Source: Anaerolineae bacterium
GTDB taxonomy: Bacteria; Chloroflexota; Anaerolineae; Aggregatilineales; J027
Direction: 5' to 3'
DNA: 64,000 nucleotides
Assembly (NCBI GenBank): GCA_034437655.1
Contig: DAOTTU010000044.1
Span: 265,584-329,583, forward strand
Translations under genes and position numbers: made by a program
Notes under the pieces: model-generated
What the model saw: the letters and a program-made list of their open reading frames with translations, nothing else
What the model was told of the DNA's origin: nothing
The model's database searches: none
Shown: in pieces, positions 46,949-56,073 of the stretch
Layout of the letters: each line of letters begins with the position of its first letter
How positions within the stretch are numbered: the stretch's first letter is position 1

Positions 46949-48445
46949 GTGAATCCTGTGGCTGAAAATAATACACCACCCAACAACCTTTCTGATGCTG
47001 AATCACCAGAAAATCAGGACACTGTTAGCGGTGCTGCGGGGGCAGCCGAAGAGTCAACACCAGTGGCTGAAACCACACCGCCAGTACCTGAGTCATTGCA
47101 AACTGATGCAGCAACAAGTGATGAAAGTGAAGGCGAAGATGCGCCGTCGGCACCACCCGTTGCTACCGTGACAACGCCGGCACCGTCTGAAGATGGCGAA
47201 GCTAGTAGCCACGAGGCATCAGCAGAACCCCAGACCAATACAGATGATGACGACGATGAAGACGATCCGTCCTCTGATGTTATGGGTGACGATGATGGCG
47301 ATGATGCAACAGACTCAGATGACGACGACGACGATGACGGCCCAGATGAAAGTGCTACCGGCCTCAAACGTGGAACATTGATTGAAGGGACTGTTCAAGC
47401 CACGTCTCCCACCGAAATTCTGGTTGAACTTGGTGAACATGGTGAAGGCGTCATCAATAGTCGTGAACTCGAACGCCTGACCAGTGCGACGTTAGAATCT
47501 CTTCATGAAGGGGCAACAGTACTGACTTTTGTGTTGTCTGCCTCAAACCAGGACGGACGTGCTGTGTTGTCAATCAGCCGTGCCCTCGAAGAAAGTGACT
47601 GGCGTGATGCTGAAGCCTATCTGAACAACGGTGATATCTATGACGGTAAAGTCAGTGGATATAACAAGGGCGGCTTGATCGTTCGCTTTGGCCGTCTACG
47701 CGGGTTTGTGCCAGCTAGCCAGATTGCGAATGAGCGCCGTGACCGCGCAAAAGGTGGTAGCCCCGAAGAACGTTGGGGTGAAATGCTTGGTGAGCCGATT
47801 TATGTGAAGGTCGTTGAACTCAAGCGGTCCCGTAATCGGTTGATCCTTTCCGAACAAGCTGCCTCGCGTGAGGTACGTGAGAAAAAGAAGACCGAGTTGC
47901 TAGAAGAACTCAGTGTTGGCCAGGTTCGTCAGGGACGTGTTACCAGCCTGACCGAATTTGGCGCTTTCGTAGATCTCGGTGGTGCAGACGGGCTCGTACA
48001 CCTCACCGAACTCTCATGGACACATGTGACTCACCCCGGCGAGGTTGTGCAAGTGGGGCAAGAAGTCGAAGTTGAAGTTATCAGTGTTGATGTTTCTGAC
48101 CGCCGCATCGGTCTGAGTATGCGCCGCCTTGGGGATGACCCGTGGGACGATATTGCAGACCAGTATGAACGCGGGCAATTGATCCAGGCAACCGTGACAA
48201 AACTCACCAAATTTGGGGCGTTTGCACGACTTGTAGAACACCCCGAAATTGAGGGATTGATCCATGTGAGCGAGCTTTCTGAACATCGTGTCCGTCATCC
48301 GCGTGAAGTCGTTAGTAAGGGAGATGTACTCACCCTGCGTATAATAAAGATAGAGAAAGAACAACGTCGGCTGGGCTTGAGCCTTAAGCAAGTTGATTCT
48401 CCAGAATTTATGGATTTCGACTGGCGTATGACGGACGATCAATAG
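46949..48445 (+). CDS. rpsA: 30S ribosomal protein S1 (four S1 domains) with a long acidic N-terminal extension
   Basis: The ORF track gives 46898..48445. The GTG at 46949 lies 5 nt after AAGAGGAGG. The four S1-domain segments include GTLIEGTV, GDIYDGKVSGY, GQVRQGRVTSLTEFGAFVDLGG and GQLIQATVTKLTKFGAFARL. Confidence 0.85.
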   Translation: MNPVAENNTPPNNLSDAESPENQDTVSGAAGAAEESTPVAETTPPVPESLQTDAATSDESEGEDAPSAPPVATVTTPAPSEDGEASSHEASAEPQTNTDDDDDEDDPSSDVMGDDDGDDATDSDDDDDDDGPDESATGLKRGTLIEGTVQATSPTEILVELGEHGEGVINSRELERLTSATLESLHEGATVLTFVLSASNQDGRAVLSISRALEESDWRDAEAYLNNGDIYDGKVSGYNKGGLIVRFGRLRGFVPASQIANERRDRAKGGSPEERWGEMLGEPIYVKVVELKRSRNRLILSEQAASREVREKKKTELLEELSVGQVRQGRVTSLTEFGAFVDLGGADGLVHLTELSWTHVTHPGEVVQVGQEVEVEVISVDVSDRRIGLSMRRLGDDPWDDIADQYERGQLIQATVTKLTKFGAFARLVEHPEIEGLIHVSELSEHRVRHPREVVSKGDVLTLRIIKIEKEQRRLGLSLKQVDSPEFMDFDWRMTDDQ

Positions 48446-48497
48446 GGTGTCTATGAACGGAACGCATGAACACTTTGTGAACAATCCAGATAAGCAG

Positions 48498-48527
48498 TTG
48501 CTCATGTTTTCCGGGCTCGCCTATAAT
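48498..48527 (+). promoter_or_regulatory. Candidate promoter for clpC (implies a roughly 235-nt leader)
   Basis: TTGCTC, an 18-nt spacer, then TATAAT. Confidence 0.45.
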
Positions 48528-48765
48528 TTATTAGATAGAGGTTTCGCAAAATAGAGGGAACTTCGTAATCTGATTAAGCAAGACACCAATTTGCATTAAC
48601 AGCGTAAGCACCATCGTGTTCATGAATCAGGACAACGCAGCGTGGGAAGTACAGCAATTATCGGGAATCACCGCAATTTACAGTTAAGGATACGACTCTA
48701 ATTCGACCTCCAACACCAGAACCTGGATGCCTAAGTTAGGTCGATGTCTTAGGAGGACAATAACC

Positions 48766-51405
48766 ATGCCAGAGCAGCGTAATCAAGGCCAGGGTGGCAA
48801 CAAAATGGAACGTTTCACCCAACGCGCACGGCGTGTGCTGAGTTTGGCGCAAGAAGAAGCCGAACGGATGCAGCACAGCTACATTGGAACCGAACACCTT
48901 CTACTTGGACTGATGCGTGAAGAAGGGGGTGTGGCTGGTCGCGTGTTGAGCGAACTAGGGTTGGACCAACGCCGGGTCGAAGAACTTGTCGAACGGATGA
49001 CAAGCTCTAAACGGACTTCCGGCCCAGCTCAAATGGATTTGTCACCGAGTACGAAAAAAGTGCTGGAACTGGCTGTTGACGAAGCGCGTCGTCTTGGTCA
49101 TCACTATATCGGAACCGAACACCTCTTGCTGGGGTTGGTGCGGCAAACTGATGGCGTTGCAATTGAAGTGCTTAAGCGCCTCAATATCAATCCAGAAGAC
49201 ATCCGTCGTCAAACCCGCCGCATTCTTCAAGAAGACCCAGAGCGCAACCGCCGTGACATCCGTCGCCGCGAGTCTAGCTCAACAAGTGAGAGCAGTATGT
49301 CTACACGTTCATCCCGGTCTACGTCCCGTTCAGACAAGAAAAGCTCAACACCGCTCATTGATCAACTCGCCACTGACCTGACGCAACTTGCCGAAGAAAA
49401 TCGGCTGGACCCCGTCATCGGGCGTGAGCTTGAAATTGAGCGCGTAATCCAGATTTTGAGCCGCCGTACCAAGAATAACCCCGCGCTTATCGGTGAACCG
49501 GGCGTTGGTAAGACTGCCATCATTGAAGGGCTTGCCCAGCGCATCGTTGACCGCGACGCCCCGCGCCCATTGCTGAACAAGCGTGTTTTGCAGCTTGACG
49601 TGGGTAGCCTTGTGGCTGGCACCATGTACCGTGGGCAATTTGAAGAACGCCTGAAGCGTGTTGTCGAAGAATTGAAATCTTCTGACAGCATTTTGTTCAT
49701 TGACGAAGTTCACATGCTTGTCGGGGCTGGTTCTGCTGGCAGCAGCGTAGATGCCGCCAACATCCTCAAGCCTGCACTGGCACGTGGGGAACTGCAATGC
49801 ATCGGTGCAACGACGCTTGATGAGTATCGTAAGAACATTGAAAACGATGCCGCACTGGAACGTCGTTTCCAGAAGGTATTGGTCGAAGAACCAACGATTG
49901 AGCAGACTATCGAAATTCTGCACGGTATCAAGAACGCTTACGAAGAGCATCACGACCTCGAAATTTCGAATGATGCGATTGATTCGGCGGCAAACCTCTC
50001 GGCACGTTACCTGCCAGACCGGTTCTTGCCGGACAAGGCGATTGACCTCATTGACGAGGCGTCGAGCCGTGTACGCATGTACAAGAGCCCTGACAGCACA
50101 CGCTATCGCCAGATTGACTCTGAGCGGCTGAACCTCCTCGACGAAATCGAAGAGATGGACCTTCAGCGCGAAGAAGAAGAATTCGAAGCGGATGCTGAAT
50201 TTGATAAGCGCTACGAAGAGCTGAAGACGCGCCTGGAAGAAGTTAACCTCCAGCTTAGCGACTTCAAAGCAAGCTGGAATCAGGAAACTGAAAAGCCGCG
50301 CCTCATCGCAGAAGACGTTGCCGAAGTGCTTGGTATGCTGACGGGTATCCCGGTGACCACCATCGCTGAAGAAGAATCACAGCGCCTGCTGCGTATGGAA
50401 GGCGAACTGCACAAGCGGATTGTTGGCCAGGATGAAGCCATCGTCGCTATCAGTAAGGCTGTGCGCCGTTCACGGGCCGGCCTCAAAGACCCACGCCGCC
50501 CCATTGGTTCGTTCTTGTTCCTCGGACCGACAGGTGTTGGTAAGACTGAACTCTCGAAGGCACTTGCTGAATTCTTGTTCGGTAGCGAAGAAGCCCTCAT
50601 TCAGCTAGACATGAGTGAGTTCATGGAACGTCACACGGTTGCCCGTCTGACTGGTGCGCCTCCCGGGTATGTCGGTTACGAAGATGCTGGTCAGTTGACC
50701 GAAGCGATTCGCCGCCGCCCATACAGCATTGTCGTCTTTGACGAGGTTGAAAAAGCACACCCCGAAGCGCTTAACATGCTGCTGCAAATCATGGAAGAAG
50801 GGCACCTTTCCGACGCACGTGGCCGCCAGGTTGACTTCCGCAATGCAATCATCGTCATGACCAGTAACGTTGGCGCAGACATGATCAAGCGCGGCACATC
50901 CATTGGCTTCGAAGTGCCGAAGGACGAAAACGCATCTGTTCAAGAAGAATATGATGCGATGAAGAAGCGCGTGATGGAAGAACTGCGGCGCAACTTCCGC
51001 CCCGAATTCCTCAATCGCCTTGATGGTACGGTCGTCTTCCGCGCGTTGACCAAGGAAGAAATCAACGACATCGTTGAAATCCGTCTGGAAGAAGTTCGTG
51101 AGTTAGTGGTCGAACATCAACTTGAACTTGAGGTCAGCGAAAGCGCGCGCAGCTACCTTGGCCGTGAAGGGTACGACCCAGACTACGGTGCCCGTCCGTT
51201 ACGGCGTGTGATTACCAACCTGATGGAAGATCGCCTCTCTGACGGTATCCTCGGTGGTGAGTTTGTGCCGGGTTCAACAGTCTATATTGATCTGGAAACC
51301 GACGAAGACGGTAAGGAAAAGCTGATCTTCACAGCCACACCGCCTGAAGAAAGAGCAGAAGCGGCTGAAGAAACTGCGCAGGAAACGCCAGAACCCACCA
51401 GCTAG
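48766..51405 (+). CDS. clpC: ATP-dependent Clp protease ATP-binding subunit ClpC (Clp_N repeats, two AAA+ modules, middle coiled coil)
   Basis: The ORF track gives 48727..51405. The ATG at 48766 lies 9 nt after AGGAGG, and an alternative start is the Met at 48805 ([12 protein letters not shown]). Walker A motifs are GEPGVGKT and GPTGVGKT. A Ser/Arg-rich linker follows the N-domain. Confidence 0.92.
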   Translation: MPEQRNQGQGGNKMERFTQRARRVLSLAQEEAERMQHSYIGTEHLLLGLMREEGGVAGRVLSELGLDQRRVEELVERMTSSKRTSGPAQMDLSPSTKKVLELAVDEARRLGHHYIGTEHLLLGLVRQTDGVAIEVLKRLNINPEDIRRQTRRILQEDPERNRRDIRRRESSSTSESSMSTRSSRSTSRSDKKSSTPLIDQLATDLTQLAEENRLDPVIGRELEIERVIQILSRRTKNNPALIGEPGVGKTAIIEGLAQRIVDRDAPRPLLNKRVLQLDVGSLVAGTMYRGQFEERLKRVVEELKSSDSILFIDEVHMLVGAGSAGSSVDAANILKPALARGELQCIGATTLDEYRKNIENDAALERRFQKVLVEEPTIEQTIEILHGIKNAYEEHHDLEISNDAIDSAANLSARYLPDRFLPDKAIDLIDEASSRVRMYKSPDSTRYRQIDSERLNLLDEIEEMDLQREEEEFEADAEFDKRYEELKTRLEEVNLQLSDFKASWNQETEKPRLIAEDVAEVLGMLTGIPVTTIAEEESQRLLRMEGELHKRIVGQDEAIVAISKAVRRSRAGLKDPRRPIGSFLFLGPTGVGKTELSKALAEFLFGSEEALIQLDMSEFMERHTVARLTGAPPGYVGYEDAGQLTEAIRRRPYSIVVFDEVEKAHPEALNMLLQIMEEGHLSDARGRQVDFRNAIIVMTSNVGADMIKRGTSIGFEVPKDENASVQEEYDAMKKRVMEELRRNFRPEFLNRLDGTVVFRALTKEEINDIVEIRLEEVRELVVEHQLELEVSESARSYLGREGYDPDYGARPLRRVITNLMEDRLSDGILGGEFVPGSTVYIDLETDEDGKEKLIFTATPPEERAEAAEETAQETPEPTS

Positions 51406-51438
51406 GACAACAACTGTGTCCTGCTAACGTACGACGAT

Positions 51439-51487
51439 AGAACGTTCGGTGGCTGCTGATAGTTGCCGAACGTTTTTCATTTTTGCG
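51439..51487 (+). terminator. Intrinsic terminator after clpC
   Basis: Perfect 9-bp stem AACGTTCGG...CCGAACGTT (51441-51449 / 51466-51474), followed by TTTTCATTTTT. Confidence 0.8.
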
Positions 51488-51519
51488 CATGTTGTCAGCG
51501 TACATAAATTGAGTTTACG

Positions 51520-51549
51520 TTGACAGCAAGCATCACTTCGCGGTAAATT
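51520..51549 (+). promoter_or_regulatory. Candidate promoter of the TPP-riboswitch operon
   Basis: TTGACA (51520-51525), an 18-nt spacer, then TAAATT (51544-51549). It ends about 25 nt upstream of the aptamer. Confidence 0.5.
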
Positions 51550-51573
51550 GGAATTAACTTGTCCATTAAGAAT

Positions 51574-51718
51574 TTCGCACAGGGGAGCTTGGGCACACCA
51601 GGCTGAGAGGGTGCAAGTAGCGCAGCACCGACCCTTTACCTGAACCGGATAATGCCGGCGGAGGGAGATGGCACTGTATGAAACGCAGACACCCCAACTC
51701 CCCCATAGGGAGTTTTTT
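51574..51718 (+). promoter_or_regulatory. TPP (THI-box) riboswitch: aptamer about 51574-51670, plus an expression platform hairpin with a U-run at 51696-51718
   Basis: Conserved THI-box elements appear in order: AGGGGAGC, CTGAGA, ACCCTTTACCTGAACCGGATAATGCCGGCGGAGGGAG. P3 (AGCTTGG/CCAGGCT), an extra stem (GGTGC/GCACC) and P5 (CCGG/CCGG) can be drawn. I could not assign P1 confidently. Thiamine genes lie downstream. Confidence 0.85.
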
Positions 51719-52372
51719 ATGCAAACAGTCATTGTGGCAAATGGTAGCCTTATCCACGGCCCAGCGGTGGACAAAGCGCTACGGCTTGCTATCAAAGGTG
51801 CGTTTACCATTGCTGTAGACGGTGGTGGCAACCACACGCGGCAGCTTGGCATCCTCCCCTCACTGGTCATTGGTGACCTCGACTCTATCACACCTGCCAA
51901 CCTGAACGCCTACGAAGAGCAAGGCATTGAGGTCTTACGATTTCGCCCTGACAAGGATGAAACTGACCTTGAACTGGCATTGATAGAAGCTGTCGAACGC
52001 GGTGCAACCTGGATTCGTGTGCTGGCGGCTGTTGGTGATCGCTTGGACCAGACAATAGCGAACATCTATCTACTGGCCTTGCCACAACTCTCTGGCCTTG
52101 ATGTGCGCATTGTGGACGGTTGGCAAACGATGTGGTTATGGTCGCCGGGCGAACACTACATTTTTGGTAACGCTGGCGACACGGTTTCGTTGATTCCGTT
52201 CGACGGTAACGTGACAGACATCCACACCGAGGGCCTCACATATCCCCTGAAAGGCGAAACATTGTACATTGGCCCGGCACGTGGTATCAGCAACGTATTA
52301 GAGCAAGTATCGGCGACGGTACGCTTTGCAACTGGTAAATTGCTGGTCATCCACACGGTCGGCCGTGCCTAG
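51719..52372 (+). CDS. thiN: Thiamine pyrophosphokinase
   Basis: The ORF track gives 51668..52372. The ATG at 51719 follows the SD GGGAG. Motifs are VIGDLDS and DKDETDLELA. Confidence 0.8.
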   Translation: MQTVIVANGSLIHGPAVDKALRLAIKGAFTIAVDGGGNHTRQLGILPSLVIGDLDSITPANLNAYEEQGIEVLRFRPDKDETDLELALIEAVERGATWIRVLAAVGDRLDQTIANIYLLALPQLSGLDVRIVDGWQTMWLWSPGEHYIFGNAGDTVSLIPFDGNVTDIHTEGLTYPLKGETLYIGPARGISNVLEQVSATVRFATGKLLVIHTVGRA

Positions 52373-52385
52373 AAAGGAAATCTAC

Positions 52386-52679
52386 ATGAACCAAGAACGG
52401 ACGATCACCATGAGTGTGCAAGTGTTGCCACTCACTGACCAGAACACATATGCTGTTGTGGACCAAGCGATTGCTGCGATTCAGGCAACAGGGATCAAGT
52501 ACATTGTCACTCCGATGGAGACTGTGCTTGAAGGTACCTGGGACGAGTGTATGTCAGCAGCCAAAGCTGCCCACGATAGCTGTTTTGCGCAGGGTGTGCG
52601 GCAAGCGGTGACCTACATCAAAATCTCAGATGCGGTGGACGGGTCAACTATTGATGACAAGCTCGCCAATTACCGTTGA
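52386..52679 (+). CDS. MTH1187/YkoF-family (thiamine-binding, DUF77-like) small protein
   Basis: The ORF track gives 52326..52679. The ATG at 52386 follows AGGAAA. About 97 aa, reading MSVQVLPL...AIAAIQATGIKYIVTPMETVLEG, typical of the family. Confidence 0.6.
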   Translation: MNQERTITMSVQVLPLTDQNTYAVVDQAIAAIQATGIKYIVTPMETVLEGTWDECMSAAKAAHDSCFAQGVRQAVTYIKISDAVDGSTIDDKLANYR

Positions 52680-53601
52680 GGGTAAATCAGCGGACGCTAC
52701 GCAGCACCACCACCACAACACAGCTTCACCACGCGGTCGGTTTCCCCTGCACCAGTTGATAGACGTCCTGCGCTCTGTCGCCATCCTTGTGACGGTCGGT
52801 CTGGTTGTAGTGATGTTCATCGGCGGGGTAGCACAGCTCTACATTGACATCAACGCCACCACAGGGGGGGAAGTCGAAGGGTTGCTGCCCAGCGTCGATG
52901 CGTTGCAGGCATCCTGGGCAGAGCATCGTACCCTGTTAATGGAAGAACACATCCCTGCAACACTGTGGGTCACCGTGACGGGGCTTTCCATCGCGATTGG
53001 TTTTGGGGTATTTCTCGCCGCAATTATGGACCTTTTTGCGCCGTTGCGGTGGATTTTGTACCCCATTATTGTCATCTCGCAGACAATACCGATCTTTGCG
53101 ATTGCGGTGCTGCTGATTATCCTGTTCGGCTTTGATTTCGGGCCGAAAATCGTGGTTGTGACGCTGTTCTGCTTTTTCCCTATCACGATTAACACCCTCA
53201 GCGGACTCCAGAGCGCCGACCCGGTCCATATCAAGCTACTGCGTTCAATGGGAGCCAATCGGCTGCAAACGTGGTGGAAAGTGCGCTTACCGGCAGCGAT
53301 GCCCTCATTTTTCAGTGGGTTGCGTATTGCCGCCACGTACAGCGTTGTTGGTGCAGTCATTGGGGAGTATGTCGGTAGTGGAGATGGGCTGGGGCGTTTT
53401 TTGCAACGCTCCTATCGTAGCTTCGACACCGACCAGGCCTATCTTGCTATCGTCGTGATTGCTGCTTTAAGCGTGATGCTGGTGGTCTTCTCAATGCTAG
53501 TCGAGGTGCTTGTCCTACGGTGGCGCTATGCAGGCGTCATCAACACCAGGCGACGTATGCAGGCCCTTTTGCAACGTTTCAAATTATCTAACTCGCAATA
53601 G
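52630..53601 (+). CDS. thiX: ABC permease of the NitT/TauT (SsuC-like) family, probable thiamine-precursor transporter permease; start uncertain
   Basis: 323 aa as given in the track, overlapping the previous gene by 50 nt. Alternative starts are the ATG at 54 and the TTG at 52756. Six hydrophobic helices and an EAA-like loop are present (LSGLQSADPVHIKLLRSMGA). Confidence 0.65.
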   Translation: MRWTGQLLMTSSPITVEGKSADATQHHHHNTASPRGRFPLHQLIDVLRSVAILVTVGLVVVMFIGGVAQLYIDINATTGGEVEGLLPSVDALQASWAEHRTLLMEEHIPATLWVTVTGLSIAIGFGVFLAAIMDLFAPLRWILYPIIVISQTIPIFAIAVLLIILFGFDFGPKIVVVTLFCFFPITINTLSGLQSADPVHIKLLRSMGANRLQTWWKVRLPAAMPSFFSGLRIAATYSVVGAVIGEYVGSGDGLGRFLQRSYRSFDTDQAYLAIVVIAALSVMLVVFSMLVEVLVLRWRYAGVINTRRRMQALLQRFKLSNSQ

Positions 53602-53625
53602 AACAAACAAGGAGTACAACACCTG

Positions 53626-54723
53626 ATGTCTTATTTTCGTAAGTGCTTTACACTCGCCGCGCTCGTTATGCTCAGCCTTGCGTTGAGTGTCCCGGCTTTT
53701 GCACAGGGCGATGGTGATAGTGACGATACACCACCCGACCCTCTCGGCGGCGCGACTGAGTTCGCTACGCTGGACGAACCTACCGACGTGCGGCTCATGC
53801 TGGACTGGACACCGAATACTAACCACACTGGCTTCTACGTGGCGCAAGAACAGGGTTACTTTGCCGAAGCCAACCTCAACGTCGACATCATTGAACCCAC
53901 CGATATTTTCCCCGAAAACGCGCTGGATGCAGGCATTGTAGACTTCGGTGTCGGCTTTCAAGATTTCAGCACCCCGGCGATGGCTGGTGATGCCGACATT
54001 GTGTCCATTGCGGCAATGATACAGAACAACACCTCTGGTTTCGTGACGCTGGCGGATGACCACACCCTTGACACCCCCGCAGACCTGGCCGGTCTGGATT
54101 ATGGTGGCTTTGGCTTCATTGACCTTGAAAATGCCATCCTCGACACCTTCCTCGCCTGTGACAACGCTGAATGGAACGACGCCAATTACATTGAAGCCCC
54201 GCAGGATGTCATTGAACTCATGGCACGCGACCGTGTAGACTTTGGCTGGATTTTCTATGGCTGGCAGGGCATCAACGCTGAACTTGACGGGCGTGACCTT
54301 AGCCGTCTGATGCTGATGGACTATCCCGACTGCATCCCCAACTACTACACCCCTATTCTGTTGACCAGCGGCACCATGATTGTCGAGAATCCAGACGTTG
54401 TACGGGCTTTTGTACATGCGACAGCGCGTGGCTTTGCGTTTGCTATTGAAAATCCATCTGAGGCGGCCGATATTTTGATTGACGCTGTGCCCGAACTTGA
54501 CGACGAACTGGTCCGTGCTAGCGCCGAATATCTGGCCGCTGAATATCAGGCTGATGCGCCGCGTTGGGGCCAACAAACTGCCGAAACGTGGGAAACCTTC
54601 ACGGCTTTTCTCGTGGACAATGGCATCGTTGAGAGCTTTGATCCAGCCGACTTCTGGACGAACGACTTTTTACCCGGCGAGGTTGCGAATATGGATGCCA
54701 ACATGAATGAGGACACCGAGTAA
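53626..54723 (+). CDS. thiY: NMT1/THI5-like periplasmic substrate-binding protein (ThiY-type pyrimidine-precursor binder)
   Basis: 365 aa with a signal peptide. It carries LMLDWTPNTNHTGFYVAQEQGYF, the hallmark of the NMT1/THI5-like fold. Confidence 0.7.
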   Translation: MSYFRKCFTLAALVMLSLALSVPAFAQGDGDSDDTPPDPLGGATEFATLDEPTDVRLMLDWTPNTNHTGFYVAQEQGYFAEANLNVDIIEPTDIFPENALDAGIVDFGVGFQDFSTPAMAGDADIVSIAAMIQNNTSGFVTLADDHTLDTPADLAGLDYGGFGFIDLENAILDTFLACDNAEWNDANYIEAPQDVIELMARDRVDFGWIFYGWQGINAELDGRDLSRLMLMDYPDCIPNYYTPILLTSGTMIVENPDVVRAFVHATARGFAFAIENPSEAADILIDAVPELDDELVRASAEYLAAEYQADAPRWGQQTAETWETFTAFLVDNGIVESFDPADFWTNDFLPGEVANMDANMNEDTE

Positions 54724-54731
54724 CCCAACCC

Positions 54732-55508
54732 ATGATCAGCACAGGCAACCCACGCCTCGCCCTACGTGATATCTCGCACACCTATCAGCGCAACGGCCAA
54801 CATGTTCAGGCGCTGGATGATGTCAGCTTACACGCTGCGCCCGGTGAGTTTTTAACGCTCATCGGGCCCAGTGGGTCCGGTAAAAGCACGCTCTTGCAGA
54901 TCATCGCTGGCTTGCTACAACCGGACACCGGGACGGTTTATCTCAATGATAAGCCTCACCACAAGCGTCTGGGCGCAACTGCTTACATGCCACAACAGGA
55001 CGCGCTGTTACCGTGGCGCACCGTTTTAGACAATGTAATCGTCGGTCCTGAAGTTAGCGGGAGCAACCGCCGCGCCGCCAAAAAACGGGCCCATGAGCTA
55101 TTGCCACTGTTCGGGCTCGAAGGCTTCGCAGACAGCTTTCCGGCTGAACTTTCTGGCGGGATGCGTCAACGGGCGGCCTTATTGCGTACCTTCCTGACCG
55201 GGCGCGATATTCTCTTGCTAGATGAACCATTCGGCGCGCTGGATGCATTGACCCGACGCGATTTACAGGCGTGGCTTTTGGACGTCTGGCAACATTTCGA
55301 CTACACTATCATTTTTATTACCCATGACGTGGAAGAAGCCGTTTTCCTCAGCGACCGCGTGCTGGTTCTGAGTCCACGGCCGGGCAAGGTAGTCTTTGAA
55401 ACCAAGATAGCGCTACAACGTCCACGGCACGAGCATTATGGCCCGTTTGACCAGGCAATGGTCAAGCACCAGTCTGAACTTTTTCATGCACTTAAAGGAA
55501 GCCCATGA
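54732..55508 (+). CDS. thiZ: ABC ATPase of the thiXYZ-type transporter
   Basis: 258 aa. Motifs are GPSGSGKST, LSGGMRQR and LLLDEPFGALD. Confidence 0.7.
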   Translation: MISTGNPRLALRDISHTYQRNGQHVQALDDVSLHAAPGEFLTLIGPSGSGKSTLLQIIAGLLQPDTGTVYLNDKPHHKRLGATAYMPQQDALLPWRTVLDNVIVGPEVSGSNRRAAKKRAHELLPLFGLEGFADSFPAELSGGMRQRAALLRTFLTGRDILLLDEPFGALDALTRRDLQAWLLDVWQHFDYTIIFITHDVEEAVFLSDRVLVLSPRPGKVVFETKIALQRPRHEHYGPFDQAMVKHQSELFHALKGSP

Positions 55509-55981
55509 TCACGCAAACAATTACCGTCAACAAATTGAACCATCGCCGCCAACCTGTGATCACCTATGAAGGTACTGTTCTTGAACGTACTGAGACGTTG
55601 GTTGTGCTTGAAGCGCGCTTTCAACTGAACGTCAAAGCTGCTTTTCATCATTTCAAGCCCGGCGACCGTCTCATTGAGTGGTTTTTCACCGACCGCTGGT
55701 ACAATATTTTCGAATTGCATCACCACGAAACCGACGAGCTAGAAGGCTGGTATTGTAACATCACGCATCCGGCGCGTGTTACTGAAGACACCGTTGAAGC
55801 CGATGACCTGGGGCTAGACTTGATGGTGTATCCTGATGGCAAGATGGTTGTGCTGGATGAGGAAGAGTTTAACGCTATGGAGCTAGATGAACAGACCCGC
55901 CGCAGCGCTCTGGCTGGTCTTGCTGACTTGCAACAGCTTGCAAAGTTACGTCTGGCACCATTTGACAAAATTCAGGACTAA
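55505..55981 (+). CDS. DUF402-family protein (nucleoside di/triphosphatase-like fold)
   Basis: 158 aa. It reads FTDRWYNIFELHH...EGWYCNITHPA...DLGLDLMVYPDG, typical of DUF402. The start overlaps the thiZ stop by 4 nt. Confidence 0.65.
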   Translation: MITQTITVNKLNHRRQPVITYEGTVLERTETLVVLEARFQLNVKAAFHHFKPGDRLIEWFFTDRWYNIFELHHHETDELEGWYCNITHPARVTEDTVEADDLGLDLMVYPDGKMVVLDEEEFNAMELDEQTRRSALAGLADLQQLAKLRLAPFDKIQD

Positions 55982-55999
55982 CAAGCATGGGATAGGTGG

Positions 56000-56028
56000 T
56001 TGCTGGAATCTTGGGCGGCCGTTACAAT
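56000..56028 (+). promoter_or_regulatory. Candidate internal promoter for the NTF2-like / MPE-like / NIF3-like genes
   Basis: TTGCTG, a 17-nt spacer, then TACAAT. It sits in the 92-nt gap after DUF402. Confidence 0.45.
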
Positions 56029-56073
56029 TTTAGCGTCTTTGTCATGCTTGAGGGTTTAGGAGTACGAATAAGA

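Noticed and set aside
51424-51900. 158-aa minus-strand ORF spanning the clpC-thiN intergenic region
   Set aside because: It overlaps the clpC terminator, the TPP riboswitch and the thiN start. The plus-strand features explain this region much better.
53584-54576. 330-aa minus-strand ORF antisense to thiY
   Set aside because: It lies entirely antisense to a CDS with a clear NMT1/THI5 signature and signal peptide. It has no recognisable motifs and is a typical GC-rich antisense shadow.
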